The translations under genes were made by a program, and so were the position numbers. Below, one piece after another: positions 19,822 to 29,668 of a stretch of 64,000 nt of DNA. How positions within the stretch are numbered: the stretch's first letter is position 1; each line of letters begins with the position of its first letter. The notes beneath the pieces are model-generated. The model saw only the letters and a list, made by a program, of their open reading frames with translations. It made no database searches and was not told the origin of the DNA. Source of the DNA: Vulcanimicrobiota bacterium (GTDB lineage Bacteria > Vulcanimicrobiota > Vulcanimicrobiia > Eremiobacterales > Eremiobacteraceae); contig CAWDVP010000006.1 of the NCBI GenBank assembly GCA_963805945.1, positions 352,001 to 416,000 on the forward strand, written 5' to 3'.

Positions 19822-21221
19822 AAGCGGTAGTTGAAATAGTCGACCCCTAGCGCGACGTTGCCGTAGAGGCTCGTGCACACGTCGTTGTCCTTGGCGTAAT
19901 CCTCGCGCGCACCGCGGAAGACGAAGCCCCAATTCGGCCTGCTGCCGTCAAGCCACGCCCGGACCGCGTCTGTCACGTCGATGCTGAACGTCGTGCTGTT
20001 GACGATGTGCACGCTGGGATTGCTCACGTTCACGTGCGCGCCCGTCGGGAAGACTTGGTACGAATCACCGGGGATGAGGTCCTTGGCGCCGGTCCAGTCG
20101 CCGATGCCGTACATCATCTCGGTGGCGCACGTCGCCGGCGTGCCCACGGCCGCCCAGCTCTTCGTGGTCGTGAAGGTGAGCACGGCCTTCCACAGCTTCT
20201 TGCCCGCAAGCGGCGCTAGGTCGAACTTGACCGCGCTGCGATAGGCATGATCGATCTTCTCGTAGCAGGGGAACGGATCGGTGCCGGGATCCCAGCTGTT
20301 GACGTAGCCGACGAGCAGGTTGCCTGACACGTAGTCGAGCTCGTGGCCGCCCAGACCGCCAGTGTAGAAGCAGTACGTGGCGGTGCTGTAGTAGTGGCTG
20401 AAGTGATACACATACTTGAGCGCTGAGATCGGCAGATTCGTGTGCACGTGGGTGACCAGGCCGATAGTAGGTGTGCAGGTCGAATTGCTATCGGCGGATT
20501 CGGTGCTTCCCTTGTAGGCGCGCACCACGTAGCACAGGCTCTTCGCATCCGCCGCTTTGACGCTGAGCGCCTTGCCGGTCATGCCCGATTGTTTGTCGAC
20601 CAGCGTGTGCGTCGAACCGTTCAGCTGATAGATGTGGAAGCCGTCGACGCTGCCCGCATCCGGATAATCCCACACGAGGATGAGATCGCCGTCCTTGAGG
20701 GCCGCGCCGCAGATGAGCGCGCCGAACAACGGCGCGACGTGGTCGCCGCAGACTGCCGGGTCTGTGGTCGCCTTGAGGTTCGTCGGCGGTGCCGGCCCCG
20801 CCGGGACCGGCGTCGGCACAGGACCGCAGGTCACGCTGAAGTTGACCTTGTTGCTGTAGACGTCGGGCTGTCCGGCGGAGATGCCGTGCACCCAGATCTG
20901 GTCGAAGGTGGAGCCCGACGTCGTCGCGGCGACGGATATGCTGTCGCTCACGGAGACGCTGCCGCCTGCCGGCATCGTGAAGGGGCCTTTGTCGACGACT
21001 TGCTGCACGCCGTTGAGATAGCGGTTGAAAGCGACCGTGAATTTCGTGCCAGCGGCGCCGGCGACCGAGCCGTTGAAGCTCATCGTCGTCGGGCAGGGAC
21101 CGCTGTACGATGTCGATGGGCTGGCGAGCGTCGCGCTCGAGATGTTCGCCGCAGCCGGCGTCGCGACGCCGGAGACGAGCAAGACCAAAGCCGACAGAGC
21201 GATCGCGACTCTCAACGACAT
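19818..21221 (-). CDS. Secreted multidomain beta-rich protein (FnIII-like middle, DNRLRE-like C-terminus)
   Basis: Signal peptide; PAPPTNL..LVWD..GFHIY..YVVRAY; RSAVKFDL..DVTDAVRAWLDG..NWGFVFR. Confidence 0.7.
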   Translation of the reverse strand: MSLRVAIALSALVLLVSGVATPAAANISSATLASPSTSYSGPCPTTMSFNGSVAGAAGTKFTVAFNRYLNGVQQVVDKGPFTMPAGGSVSVSDSISVAATTSGSTFDQIWVHGISAGQPDVYSNKVNFSVTCGPVPTPVPAGPAPPTNLKATTDPAVCGDHVAPLFGALICGAALKDGDLILVWDYPDAGSVDGFHIYQLNGSTHTLVDKQSGMTGKALSVKAADAKSLCYVVRAYKGSTESADSNSTCTPTIGLVTHVHTNLPISALKYVYHFSHYYSTATYCFYTGGLGGHELDYVSGNLLVGYVNSWDPGTDPFPCYEKIDHAYRSAVKFDLAPLAGKKLWKAVLTFTTTKSWAAVGTPATCATEMMYGIGDWTGAKDLIPGDSYQVFPTGAHVNVSNPSVHIVNSTTFSIDVTDAVRAWLDGSRPNWGFVFRGAREDYAKDNDVCTSLYGNVALGVDYFNYRF

Positions 21222-21303
21222 GAATAGCCCTTTCGTCAAAAGGAACCGGCTGTCCCGAGGGTGCGCGCTCGGCCACAAAGGCCGCGCGCTTCTTCTTCTA
21301 TAT

Positions 21304-21329
21304 AACGGGCGCTGAGGCGCAGATGTTAC
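21304..21329 (-). promoter_or_regulatory. Possible ECF-sigma promoter
   Basis: GTAAC-N17-CGTT upstream of the secreted protein. Confidence 0.4.
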
Positions 21330-21367
21330 CGCTGCACCGAAAAAGCCCGGAAGCGCCCCGCGTGGGC

Positions 21368-22582
21368 CTATTCGTGGCGCAAGGCCTCAATCGGGTTGAG
21401 CAGCGACGCGCGCCGAGCCGGATAGAATCCGAACAGAATGCCGATCAGCGCTGCGAAGACGAATGAGAGCACTACCGATTCCGGGGCGACGATCACGGTC
21501 CAACCGGCCAGCTTCGAGGTGATGACGGACGCCGCAATCCCGAGTGCGACGCCGATGAGGCCGCCGGCGCAGGCCAGGGTGATCGCTTCGACAAGGAACT
21601 GCATGAGCACGTCGCGCGTGCGCGCGCCGATCGACATGCGGATGCCGATCTCGCGCGTCCGTTCGGTCACGGAGACGAGCATGATGTTCATGATGCCGAT
21701 GCCGCCCACGATGAGCGACACGGCCGCGACTCCGGCAAGCAGCAATGATTGGATACCAGCAGTCGCGCTTGCCGCCGCCTGGACGTCGGCGATGTTGCGC
21801 ACTGAGAAGTCGTCGGGCTGGTTCGGCGTGAGGCGATGGTTGAGCCGCAGCAACCCTGCGACCGAACTGACGACGCTCGCTACGGCATCCGGCGAGCTCG
21901 CCGAGATCGTGATCGAGGAAAGATACTGATTGCCGTTGATCCGCAGCTGCATCGAGGTGAGCGGTATGACGACTTGGTCGTCTTGGTCGCGGCCAAATCC
22001 GCTCTGGCCTTTAGGTGCAAGTACGCCGATGACCGTGAAGGGCGCGCCCTTGATGGTGATCATGCTGCCGACTGCGTCCCCGGCCGGGAAGAGGTTCAAC
22101 GCGACCGTGTTGCCGAGCACGGCCGATTTCGCCGCGCTCTTCATATCGTCATTAGTGAAGAATTGACCCTGTGCGACGGTCCAGTTCTGGACCTGCAGCC
22201 ATGCGGGCGAGGTGCCTAGGATCGATGTCGCCCAATTGTTGCCCCCGGCAACCACTTGTCCGTTGTCGTTGGACTGCGGGGCAACGCCTGCGATCCCCGG
22301 GATTTGGGCGATCGCGGTCGCGTCCTGCGGCTTGAGCGAGGTCCGCGCCCCTGCGCCGAGATTGACGCCGCCTGTGATGACGCTACCTGGAACCACGATG
22401 ATCAGATTGCTGCCCAGGCGCGCGAGCTGCGCTGCGACCGCCGCGCTCGCTCCATTGCCGATCGCCATCGACGTGATCACCGCCCCGACGCCGATGATGA
22501 TACCGAGCATGGTGAGCAGGGAACGGAATGCGTTGCGCACGAGCGCCTGCCATGCGACGCGGACAAGAGCGGTGAAATTCAT
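21368..22582 (-). CDS. MacB-like ABC transporter permease
   Basis: RSLLTMLGIIIGV; GGIGIMNIMLVSVTERTREIG; PIEALRHE. Confidence 0.95.
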   Translation of the reverse strand: MNFTALVRVAWQALVRNAFRSLLTMLGIIIGVGAVITSMAIGNGASAAVAAQLARLGSNLIIVVPGSVITGGVNLGAGARTSLKPQDATAIAQIPGIAGVAPQSNDNGQVVAGGNNWATSILGTSPAWLQVQNWTVAQGQFFTNDDMKSAAKSAVLGNTVALNLFPAGDAVGSMITIKGAPFTVIGVLAPKGQSGFGRDQDDQVVIPLTSMQLRINGNQYLSSITISASSPDAVASVVSSVAGLLRLNHRLTPNQPDDFSVRNIADVQAAASATAGIQSLLLAGVAAVSLIVGGIGIMNIMLVSVTERTREIGIRMSIGARTRDVLMQFLVEAITLACAGGLIGVALGIAASVITSKLAGWTVIVAPESVVLSFVFAALIGILFGFYPARRASLLNPIEALRHE

Positions 22583-23316
22583 GCCGTCACCTGCGAATGA
22601 GCGAGGGTCGCGCCGTCCTCGATCACCAGGCCGTCGCGGAACAGAACGGTTCGTCGTGTCCAGGTCGCGACATCAGGCTCGTGCGTGACCATGACGATCG
22701 TGATGCCCCGATCGTCGTTGAGAGTTCGGAATACCGATAGTATCTCTTTCGTGCTGCGGCTGTCGAGGTTGCCTGTGGGTTCGTCCGCCAGGATGAGCGC
22801 GGGGTCGTTCACGAGAGCGCGCGCGATCGCGACGCGCTGCTGCTGGCCGCCCGAGAGTTCGCTCGGATTGTGGTCGGCCCGGTCGGCGAGCCCGACCATT
22901 TCGAGAGCCTGACGCGCGCGGGCCTGGCGCTCTTCGCCGGGCACGCCTGCATAGAGCAGCGGCAGCTCGATATTTTCGAGCGCCGTCGTGCGCGCCAGCA
23001 GGTTAAACCCCTGGAACACGAACCCCAGTCGCTTGTTGCGGATCGCCGCGAGCTGATCGCTCGACATGCGCGAGACGTTCTCGCCTTCCAGATAATATTC
23101 GCCCGACGTCGGCCGATCAAGGCAGCCGATGAGGTTCATGAAGGTGGATTTTCCCGACCCAGAGGCGCCCATGATGGCGACGAACTCGCCACGTTCGACC
23201 CGCAGCGTCACGCCATTGACCGCGGCGACGTCCATCGCGCCGACATGATAGAGCTTGTGCAGATCGCGGACGTCGATGACCGGCACCGTCGCGCCAGGCG
23301 CTGCGGTCTGGTTCAT
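22579..23316 (-). CDS. MacB/LolD-like ABC ATP-binding protein
   Basis: GASGSGKST, LSGGQQQR, ADEPTGNLD. Confidence 0.95.
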   Translation of the reverse strand: MNQTAAPGATVPVIDVRDLHKLYHVGAMDVAAVNGVTLRVERGEFVAIMGASGSGKSTFMNLIGCLDRPTSGEYYLEGENVSRMSSDQLAAIRNKRLGFVFQGFNLLARTTALENIELPLLYAGVPGEERQARARQALEMVGLADRADHNPSELSGGQQQRVAIARALVNDPALILADEPTGNLDSRSTKEILSVFRTLNDDRGITIVMVTHEPDVATWTRRTVLFRDGLVIEDGATLAHSQVTA

Positions 23317-24682
23317 CGGCCGCCCGCAAGTGGATTGTTCGTGGCGCCCGCGCGCGCTTGGAGCTGGCCCGTGATCACGCGGTCGCCTTCCTTGAGGCTG
23401 CCGCTGCGGACCTCGAAGTTCTGGCCGTCGGACATGCCGATGATGATCTGCACGGGCTGCGGCTTCTTGCTCGCGCTCAACGTCCACACCACAGCGCGCG
23501 AACCGGGAGCGCCCGCGAGCGGCGGCGGCGTCGCCGAGGTGGTCGGCACCGCGGGGCCGCCTGCCCCGGCCGACGTGCCGCCAGCCGAGGTTGAGCCGAC
23601 GCGCGGCTTATACAGCAGCGCGGCGATCGGCACGGCGAGGACGTTGGTGCGCGTGGAGACGGCGATCGTCACGCTCGCGGTCATGCCCGGTTTGAGGCGC
23701 GCGGAAGTCGTCATGGATGACGACGACGGCGTCATAGGTGACGACGTTGGCGATAGTCGTGGGATTGACGCGGACCTGCGAGACGGTGCCTTTGAAGATC
23801 GTGTTCGGATATGCCGGTACCGCAAGTCGTCGCGCTCTGGCCCTTACGCAGAGCGCCGACGTCGGCCTCGTTGACCGACGCGTCGACCTGCATGTCTTTG
23901 AGAGTCGACGCGATGACGAACAGCGTCGGCGTCTGAAACGATGCGGCGACGGTCTGTCCGATGCTCACACCACGGGAGACGACAATGCCGTCGATCGGAC
24001 TCGTGATCGTCGCGCGATTGAGGTTGTATGTGCTTTGCTGCAGCGCCGCCATCGCGGACCCGACCTGCGCCTGCGAGGCGGCCGACTGATCTCGCGATGC
24101 GTTCGTCTGCGCTTTTGCCTCGTTGACGGCCATAGCCGCGGCATTGACATCAGCCTGTGCGGCTCTTGTGGCCGAGGCATCGGTATCCAACTGGTTTTGG
24201 GCGATGTACCCCTGCGCGATGAGGGTGTGATCGCGCTGCAGCGTCGTCTGCGCCAGGTTGAGCGCCGCCTGCGCTTTTTGATAGTTCGCCTGCGCGCTCG
24301 ACACCGAGGCCTGCATCTGCATGATCGTCGCTTGCGAGGCGGATGCGTTGGCTTGCGCTTGGCTCACTGCGGCCTGCGACTGCGTCTCGGCCGCCTGGAA
24401 GCTGGTCGGGTCGATCGTGGCAAGGACCTGGCCCTTGTGCACGATCGAGTTGTAGTCGACATACAGATTGTTGATCGTGCCCGAGATCTGAGTGCCGACC
24501 TGGACCTCGTTGACCGGGTTCACGGTACCCGTCTCTATGATAGTCGCATCGATGTTGGTCCGCGTGACGGGCGCCGTGACATACCGCGGCGTCGCGTGCC
24601 CCGCGGTGAGCGCTCTGATGCCGAAAAACGCGATGAGCCCCACGACGAGGACGACGGCCGCGATGATGATGATGCGTTTCAT
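23313..24682 (-). CDS. Efflux periplasmic adaptor (MacA-like), two apparent frameshifts near 23825 and 23700
   Basis: VGTQISGTI, ITSPIDGIV, VAASFQTPTLF, then LKPGMTASV..VPIAAL..G.SDGQNFEV in another frame. Confidence 0.85.
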
Positions 24683-25164
24683 GAAATGTGATGTACCCTT
24701 GTGAAGTCGATGGCGTCGAGCCGGCGCAAACCTTCAAGCAGCTTGCTGCGTTCGGACGGGCGTAGCCGGCGCAGCGCGGCCGACAAGAGCCCTGCGTTGA
24801 GCGATGGGCGCAGCGCGGCGACGGTCCGCTGGCCCGCGGCCGTGAGTTCGAGCGCCGTGCGGCTGCGACCGAGCACGTGATAGCGCCTGCGCAGCAGCCC
24901 TTTGCGTTCTAATCCTGAAAGCGTGATCGAAGCGGTGCTGGCGGTGATCGCCATCTCGTGCGCCACCTGGCCGACCGAGGCGTGCGGCAATCCCGCCACG
25001 GCACGCAGCAGCAGCGCGCCGCGCACGGTGATGTCCGACCCGGCGATACGCCGGGCGAACGGAGCGCGGTACTTCTTATAGATGCGCGGCAGCAGCCGGC
25101 CGATCTCGCCGATCGGGTCCTCGCCGCCCTGAGTGACGTGCTTCTTCTTCATCGCTGCGTCCAT
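24679..25164 (-). CDS. MarR family transcriptional regulator
   Basis: wHTH, LERKGLLRR..LTAAG; heads efflux operon; TATACT 7 nt before ATG. Confidence 0.8.
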   Translation of the reverse strand: MDAAMKKKHVTQGGEDPIGEIGRLLPRIYKKYRAPFARRIAGSDITVRGALLLRAVAGLPHASVGQVAHEMAITASTASITLSGLERKGLLRRRYHVLGRSRTALELTAAGQRTVAALRPSLNAGLLSAALRRLRPSERSKLLEGLRRLDAIDFTRVHHIS

Positions 25165-25235
25165 TGTACCCAGTATACGCAGCGGCTATGTGCGGATGGT
25201 GTGAATACTTGATTAAAAAGCGCTTGAATCAAACA

Positions 25236-25269
25236 CCAGGCTGGGAATCGCCCGAGAGCGCCAGCCTGG
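25236..25269 (-). terminator. Hairpin downstream of KamA-like gene
   Basis: CCAGGCTGG...CCAGCCTGG inverted repeat followed by TGTTT on minus. Confidence 0.5.
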
Positions 25270-25285
25270 GAAACGCCTTAGACGC

Positions 25286-26665
25286 TCATGCGCGTGACGC
25301 CGCGGCGATCGCGGCGGTCACCATCTCGTTCTGCTCCTTTGGATCCTTCCAGCGCGCTTGCGCGGCCGGCGACAGCTGATCGATCGGGTCGAAATACAAG
25401 AACCACTGCCTCGGCTTGACGCTCGGCGCGCTGTACACGGCGATGCCGTTCTCACGGTCATAGTGGTCGTAGCTATGCAGATCGCGCTTGCCGCCGCCGC
25501 CGGGCGCATCGCACAGGAACGTCGGCGTGTTGAAGCCTGCGGTCGTGCCGCGCACGAACTTCTCGATGTCCACGGCGGTCTTGATGGTGGTGCGCAGATC
25601 CTCGACGCCCTTGACCATGTCGTGCATATAGACGTAGTACGCGTGCACGTTCATGTAGCCGAGCTGCTTGATGAGCTTGCGCATCGTGTGCGCGTCGTCG
25701 TTGACGCCGCGGATGAGGACGGATTGGTTGCGCACCATGATGCCGCGCTCGAAGAGCACCTGCATCGCCCGCTGCGTGATGTCGCTGATCTCGTTAGGGC
25801 TGTTGAAATGGGTGTGCAGCATGACGTCTTTGCCGAGCGCGCGGCCACGCTCGACGATCGCGGTGAGCGCGTCGGTCCATGCGGCATCGGTGAGGATCTT
25901 CATGGGCATGACCGCCGGGCCTTTGGTGGCGAAGCGCATGCGCCGCACGTTCGGGATGGCGAGCAATGCCTCGCCGATCTTCGTGAGGCTCTTGGCGGGC
26001 AATTGATAGGTGTCGCCGCCGGACACGACGATGTCCTGGAGCTCCGGCCGCGAGGCGATGTACTCGAACGCGCGCTCCCACATCTTGGGATCGGTGGCGA
26101 GCTGGGCTTTCTCCACGGTGTCGGTGTCGCCGCCGATCGCATACGAACGCGTGCAGAAGCGGCAATAGACCGGGCACGTGTTGAGCGGCAAGAACAGCGC
26201 CTTGTCGACGTAGCGATGCGTCAGGCCCGGCAGCGGGGAGTCTTCGAGCTCGTGCAGCGAATCGAGGCTCAGCCGCGGGTGGTCGGGCAGCAGCCGCGAG
26301 GCGAGCGGCAGGAACTGGGTGCGGATCGGATCCTTGTAGGGGTTCTTCCAATCGATCGACGCGATCATGTACGGCGAGATGCGGACCTGCATCGGCGCAC
26401 GATGAAAGCCTTGGCGCACGTCTTTGAAGAACTCAGGTTCGACGAGGTCCTGGATGGTCGCCATCAGCTCGTCGGTCGATTTCACCGAGTGCTTGCTCTG
26501 CCACAGCCAGTCCAAGAACGTCTTCTCGTCGACGTCTTTGTAGGCGGGGATGTCGCGCCAGAACTCGCCCTGGCGGAACTGCATGTGCTCGAACGCCTCC
26601 GGCCCGGCAGGCGGCTTGAGCGCGTGGATCGGCTCGGGCGCGGCGGTGGTGTCGGTCTTCAGCAT
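25286..26665 (-). CDS. KamA family radical SAM aminomutase (lysine 2,3-aminomutase-like)
   Basis: GLTHRY, CPVYCRFCTR, SGGD, HFNSP.E, NQSVL, PLP-site DAPGGGGK. Confidence 0.9.
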   Translation of the reverse strand: MLKTDTTAAPEPIHALKPPAGPEAFEHMQFRQGEFWRDIPAYKDVDEKTFLDWLWQSKHSVKSTDELMATIQDLVEPEFFKDVRQGFHRAPMQVRISPYMIASIDWKNPYKDPIRTQFLPLASRLLPDHPRLSLDSLHELEDSPLPGLTHRYVDKALFLPLNTCPVYCRFCTRSYAIGGDTDTVEKAQLATDPKMWERAFEYIASRPELQDIVVSGGDTYQLPAKSLTKIGEALLAIPNVRRMRFATKGPAVMPMKILTDAAWTDALTAIVERGRALGKDVMLHTHFNSPNEISDITQRAMQVLFERGIMVRNQSVLIRGVNDDAHTMRKLIKQLGYMNVHAYYVYMHDMVKGVEDLRTTIKTAVDIEKFVRGTTAGFNTPTFLCDAPGGGGKRDLHSYDHYDRENGIAVYSAPSVKPRQWFLYFDPIDQLSPAAQARWKDPKEQNEMVTAAIAAASRA

Positions 26666-26678
26666 GATTTCCTTACAT

Positions 26679-26702
26679 GTAGCGGTCGAATGTATTCGAC
26701 CG
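26679..26702 (+). repeat. REP-like hairpin, family A
   Basis: GTAG-CGGTCGAA-TGTA-TTCGACCG abutting the Lrp TGA. Confidence 0.85.
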
Positions 26703-27209
26703 TCAGCTCACGCGCGCCAGACGGCGCACGGGCTGGGCTTGCGCTGCGGCAAGCGCGATGCCACCGCGTTCGAAGGGCGTGGACAAGACGATCATCGTCT
26801 TGCTGCGGACGAGTCCGCGGATCTGCTTGAGGCGGGTGAGAAAATCGTCGAGATGGCCGGTCGAGCGCGTCATGACTTTGAGGAAGTAGGTCTCCTCGCC
26901 GGCGACGCTGTGCACTTCGCACACTTCGGGCAGCTGCTTGACGGCCTCAGTGAAGTCCTCATAGCCGGTGTCGGCCGAGGTGAAACAGCTGACGAACGCC
27001 GTCAGCCCGAGGCCGATGCGCTGGCCGTCGAGCTGCGCCGAGTAGCGGCGCACGAAGCCGCGCGCCTCGAGGCGTTTCACGCGATCGTGCACCGACGATG
27101 CTTTGAGCCCGACGATCTCGCCCAGTTCGGCGAACGTCGAGCGCGCGTTGTCCTGGAGCGCAGAGAGCAACTTCAGGTCGAGATCGTCGATTTCTGTATT
27201 TTCAATCAT
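26703..27209 (-). CDS. Lrp/AsnC family transcriptional regulator
   Basis: IDDLDLKLLSALQDNAR HTH; EVHSVAGE RAM domain. Confidence 0.95.
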   Translation of the reverse strand: MIENTEIDDLDLKLLSALQDNARSTFAELGEIVGLKASSVHDRVKRLEARGFVRRYSAQLDGQRIGLGLTAFVSCFTSADTGYEDFTEAVKQLPEVCEVHSVAGEETYFLKVMTRSTGHLDDFLTRLKQIRGLVRSKTMIVLSTPFERGGIALAAAQAQPVRRLARVS

Positions 27210-27247
27210 ACCTATGGCCCACAGAGCGATGTTTATTAGGCGATATG

Positions 27248-27276
27248 ACTATATCACAGAATAAATACGCTGTAAA
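27248..27276 (-). promoter_or_regulatory. SigA-type promoter for lrp-kamA
   Basis: TTTACA-N17-TATAGT with extended -10 TG. Confidence 0.65.
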
Positions 27277-27296
27277 TCATGCTGTGCGGGACACGG

Positions 27297-27369
27297 AGCC
27301 GGCGGAGGGACTCGAACCCCCGACCAGCGGTTTACAAAACCGCTGCTCTACCAACTGAGCTACGCCGGC
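27297..27369 (-). tRNA. tRNA-Thr(TGT)
   Basis: Cloverleaf, anticodon TGT. Confidence 0.96.
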
Positions 27370-27432
27370 GCGGCCGAAGCGCTTCCTTTTGCGCGGATGG
27401 CCGGTCGCCCTCGGCGCCGAACGCAAGCGCGG

Positions 27433-27969
27433 ATGTTCAACCTGGATCAAGCGGTGCCCATCGCCTCGCTCGTCATCGCATTTGCGACCGTCGTCTTCAC
27501 CACGTACATGCTCTCGCGCCAAGTGCGCCAGATGGAGCACGAGCGCAACGCGCTCGCCATCCTCGAGGCGATCGACCGGCTCACCTCGACCGAGGTGGTG
27601 CAGGTGTTCGCTCAGCTGCGCGGCGTCGAGCAGCGCTACCCCACCGACAAAGACATCGCCGAACGCTTCTCCGGTTCCGCCGACGAGCACGCGCTCGATA
27701 TGGTCGGCCAATTCGTCGAGACGATCGCCTGCCTCGCGCGCCGCGAGGTGCTCGACGTGACGCTGCTGTGCGATGCGGTCGGTTTCATGCTGCGCAGCCG
27801 CTGGGCGAGCATCGAGCCGTTCGTCACCCGGTGGCGGCGATACAACAAGAACGAGTTCTTATTCGAGAATTTCGAATGGCTGGCTCGTTACAGCGCGTGG
27901 TGGCGCGACATCCCCCGCCCCAAGGCGCAGAACTACGATCCACAGCAATTCGCCCGCACCGCGTCATAG
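27433..27969 (+). CDS. Hypothetical protein with N-terminal TM (DUF4760-like)
   Basis: TM then helical domain with FVETIA..W..I.PFV...R...FENFEWL pattern. Confidence 0.65.
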   Translation: MFNLDQAVPIASLVIAFATVVFTTYMLSRQVRQMEHERNALAILEAIDRLTSTEVVQVFAQLRGVEQRYPTDKDIAERFSGSADEHALDMVGQFVETIACLARREVLDVTLLCDAVGFMLRSRWASIEPFVTRWRRYNKNEFLFENFEWLARYSAWWRDIPRPKAQNYDPQQFARTAS

Positions 27970-27977
27970 GAGACACC

Positions 27978-28871
27978 ATGCAGAGGTCCTTCGCCAACGC
28001 GCTCCTCGCTCTCGCCGCCATCAGCGTGCTCGCGGGCTGTGCAAAGAACCAGCAGTCCTCGAGCGCCCCGGCCAGCCCCGAAGCCGCGGCCACCGCATCC
28101 GGAGCCGGCACCGAAACCGCGACGGCTGGTGCGACCGCTACCGCCGCAGCAGGCGCCAGCGGAGCCCCGACCAGTGCAGCCGCCACAGGTTCTGCGCAGT
28201 CTTCGTCGAGCACCACGATCGTCGTGGTCAGCTTCAGCGACACCGCCGGCATCTTCGCCGAGCAGATCATCAACGACGAGGCGCGGCTCGGTGTCTTCGA
28301 TACCACCTCCGGACCGTTCCAACCTGAAGCGTCGATCAAGCGCGGCGAATTCGTGCGCTGGATGGTCAAAGCGAACAACGCATACTATCAAGACGATGCG
28401 AGCAAACAGATCCGGCCGGCCGAGGGGAACGAGCAGACCTTCGTCGACGTGCCGGCGTCGAACCCCGACTACAAGTACATCCAGGCGCTTGCCAATGCCG
28501 GCCTCGTCGTCGGCGTCGACGCGACCCACTTCGCACCGGACGACGACCTCACGCGCGAGCAGATGATCGCCATCAAAGCCGGCCTCGACCTAGGCGGCGA
28601 CCCGCACAAGAACACGAATCTCTCGGATGTGAAGACCGCCTACCCGTTCACGGATGACGACCAGATCAGCAAGCGCTATTATGACGCGATCTACGGCGAC
28701 TATTTCGACGGCTCGAAGAACATCCCGCGCGTCTTCGGCGCCATCAAGACCTTCCATCCGCAGAAGCCGGTGACGCGCGCCGAGGCGGCGCTCACGCTGG
28801 ACAAGATCGGCAACTATAGCCCGATCACCGCGGAACAGGCGTTGCCGCAACCGACACCCTCAGGGCAATAA
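27978..28871 (+). CDS. SLH-domain lipoprotein
   Basis: SD AGGAG; lipobox LAGC; Ala/Ser/Thr linker; SLH motifs FQPEASIKRGEF, FAPDDDLTREQ, FHPQKPVTRAEA. Confidence 0.85.
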   Translation: MQRSFANALLALAAISVLAGCAKNQQSSSAPASPEAAATASGAGTETATAGATATAAAGASGAPTSAAATGSAQSSSSTTIVVVSFSDTAGIFAEQIINDEARLGVFDTTSGPFQPEASIKRGEFVRWMVKANNAYYQDDASKQIRPAEGNEQTFVDVPASNPDYKYIQALANAGLVVGVDATHFAPDDDLTREQMIAIKAGLDLGGDPHKNTNLSDVKTAYPFTDDDQISKRYYDAIYGDYFDGSKNIPRVFGAIKTFHPQKPVTRAEAALTLDKIGNYSPITAEQALPQPTPSGQ

Positions 28872-28876
28872 GAGAA

Positions 28877-28903
28877 AAGCGGTCGACGAGACGTCGACCG
28901 CTT
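28877..28903. terminator. Hairpin between convergent genes, REP family A-related
   Basis: AAGCGGTCGACG-AGA-CGTCGACCGCTT. Confidence 0.7.
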
Positions 28904-28924
28904 CAGCGTCGAGATCGGTTCGAG

Positions 28925-29572
28925 CTAGTAGAGCTCGACTTCGCTCAGGTTCTTCTCGATCTTGCGCTTGACGCGCTGCAGCGCGTTGTCGATCGACTTC
29001 ACGTGTCGATTGAGATCGCGCGCCATCTCCTGGTACGACTTGCCCTCGAGATAGCTCAGCAGCACCTGCGACTCGAGATCGCTCAGGTTCTCCTGGATGC
29101 GCTCTTTGATGTCTTCCGAAACTTCCTGGTTGATGACCAGCTCTTCGGGATCCGACATCTTCGCGCTCGCCATGACGTCGAGCAGCGTGCGCTCGCTATC
29201 CTCGTCGTAGATCGGCTTGTTGAGCGAGATGTACTGGTTGAGCGGGATGTGCTTCTGCCGCGTGGCCGTCTTGATGGCCGTGATGATCTGCCGCGTGATG
29301 CACAGCTCGGCGAAGGCGCGGAACGACGACAGCTTGTCCGCCCGGAAGTCGCGCACGGCCTTATAGAGGCCGATCATGCCTTCCTGGATGATGTCTTCGC
29401 GGTCTGCGCCGATGAGGAAGTAGCTTTTCGCCTTGATGCGGACGAAGTTCTTATACTTGTTGAGCAGGAATTCCATGGCGAGATTGTCGCCACACTTCGC
29501 TGCGTTGACGAGTTCTTCGTCGGCTCGCTCGCTGTAGTCCAAGGTCTCTTCTGTCTGATGAAGTGCCGCCAA
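28925..29572 (-). CDS. sigH: RNA polymerase sigma factor SigH
   Basis: YFLIGADREDIIQEGMIGL, TATRQKHIPLN, KSIDNALQRVKRK; synteny with rlmB. Confidence 0.95.
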   Translation of the reverse strand: MAALHQTEETLDYSERADEELVNAAKCGDNLAMEFLLNKYKNFVRIKAKSYFLIGADREDIIQEGMIGLYKAVRDFRADKLSSFRAFAELCITRQIITAIKTATRQKHIPLNQYISLNKPIYDEDSERTLLDVMASAKMSDPEELVINQEVSEDIKERIQENLSDLESQVLLSYLEGKSYQEMARDLNRHVKSIDNALQRVKRKIEKNLSEVELY

Positions 29573-29632
29573 GTTGTGGGTGAACCCCCGATCCTAATCT
29601 GTGAACATTATGCCTGCGTTATGCCCCTACCG

Positions 29633-29661
29633 ATTATAGGGGGAGGCACCTCTTTCGTCAA
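29633..29661 (-). promoter_or_regulatory. SigA-type promoter of sigH
   Basis: TTGACG-N17-TATAAT. Confidence 0.8.
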
Positions 29662-29668
29662 GGATTCA

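Noticed and set aside
27254..27280. Short ORF MIYSVFIL* upstream of lrp
   Set aside because: Overlaps the -35/spacer of the promoter so it would not be in that transcript, and has no regulatory codon run
9764..27296. Prophage or integrative element at the tRNA genes
   Set aside because: No integrase, transposase, phage genes or att duplications seen
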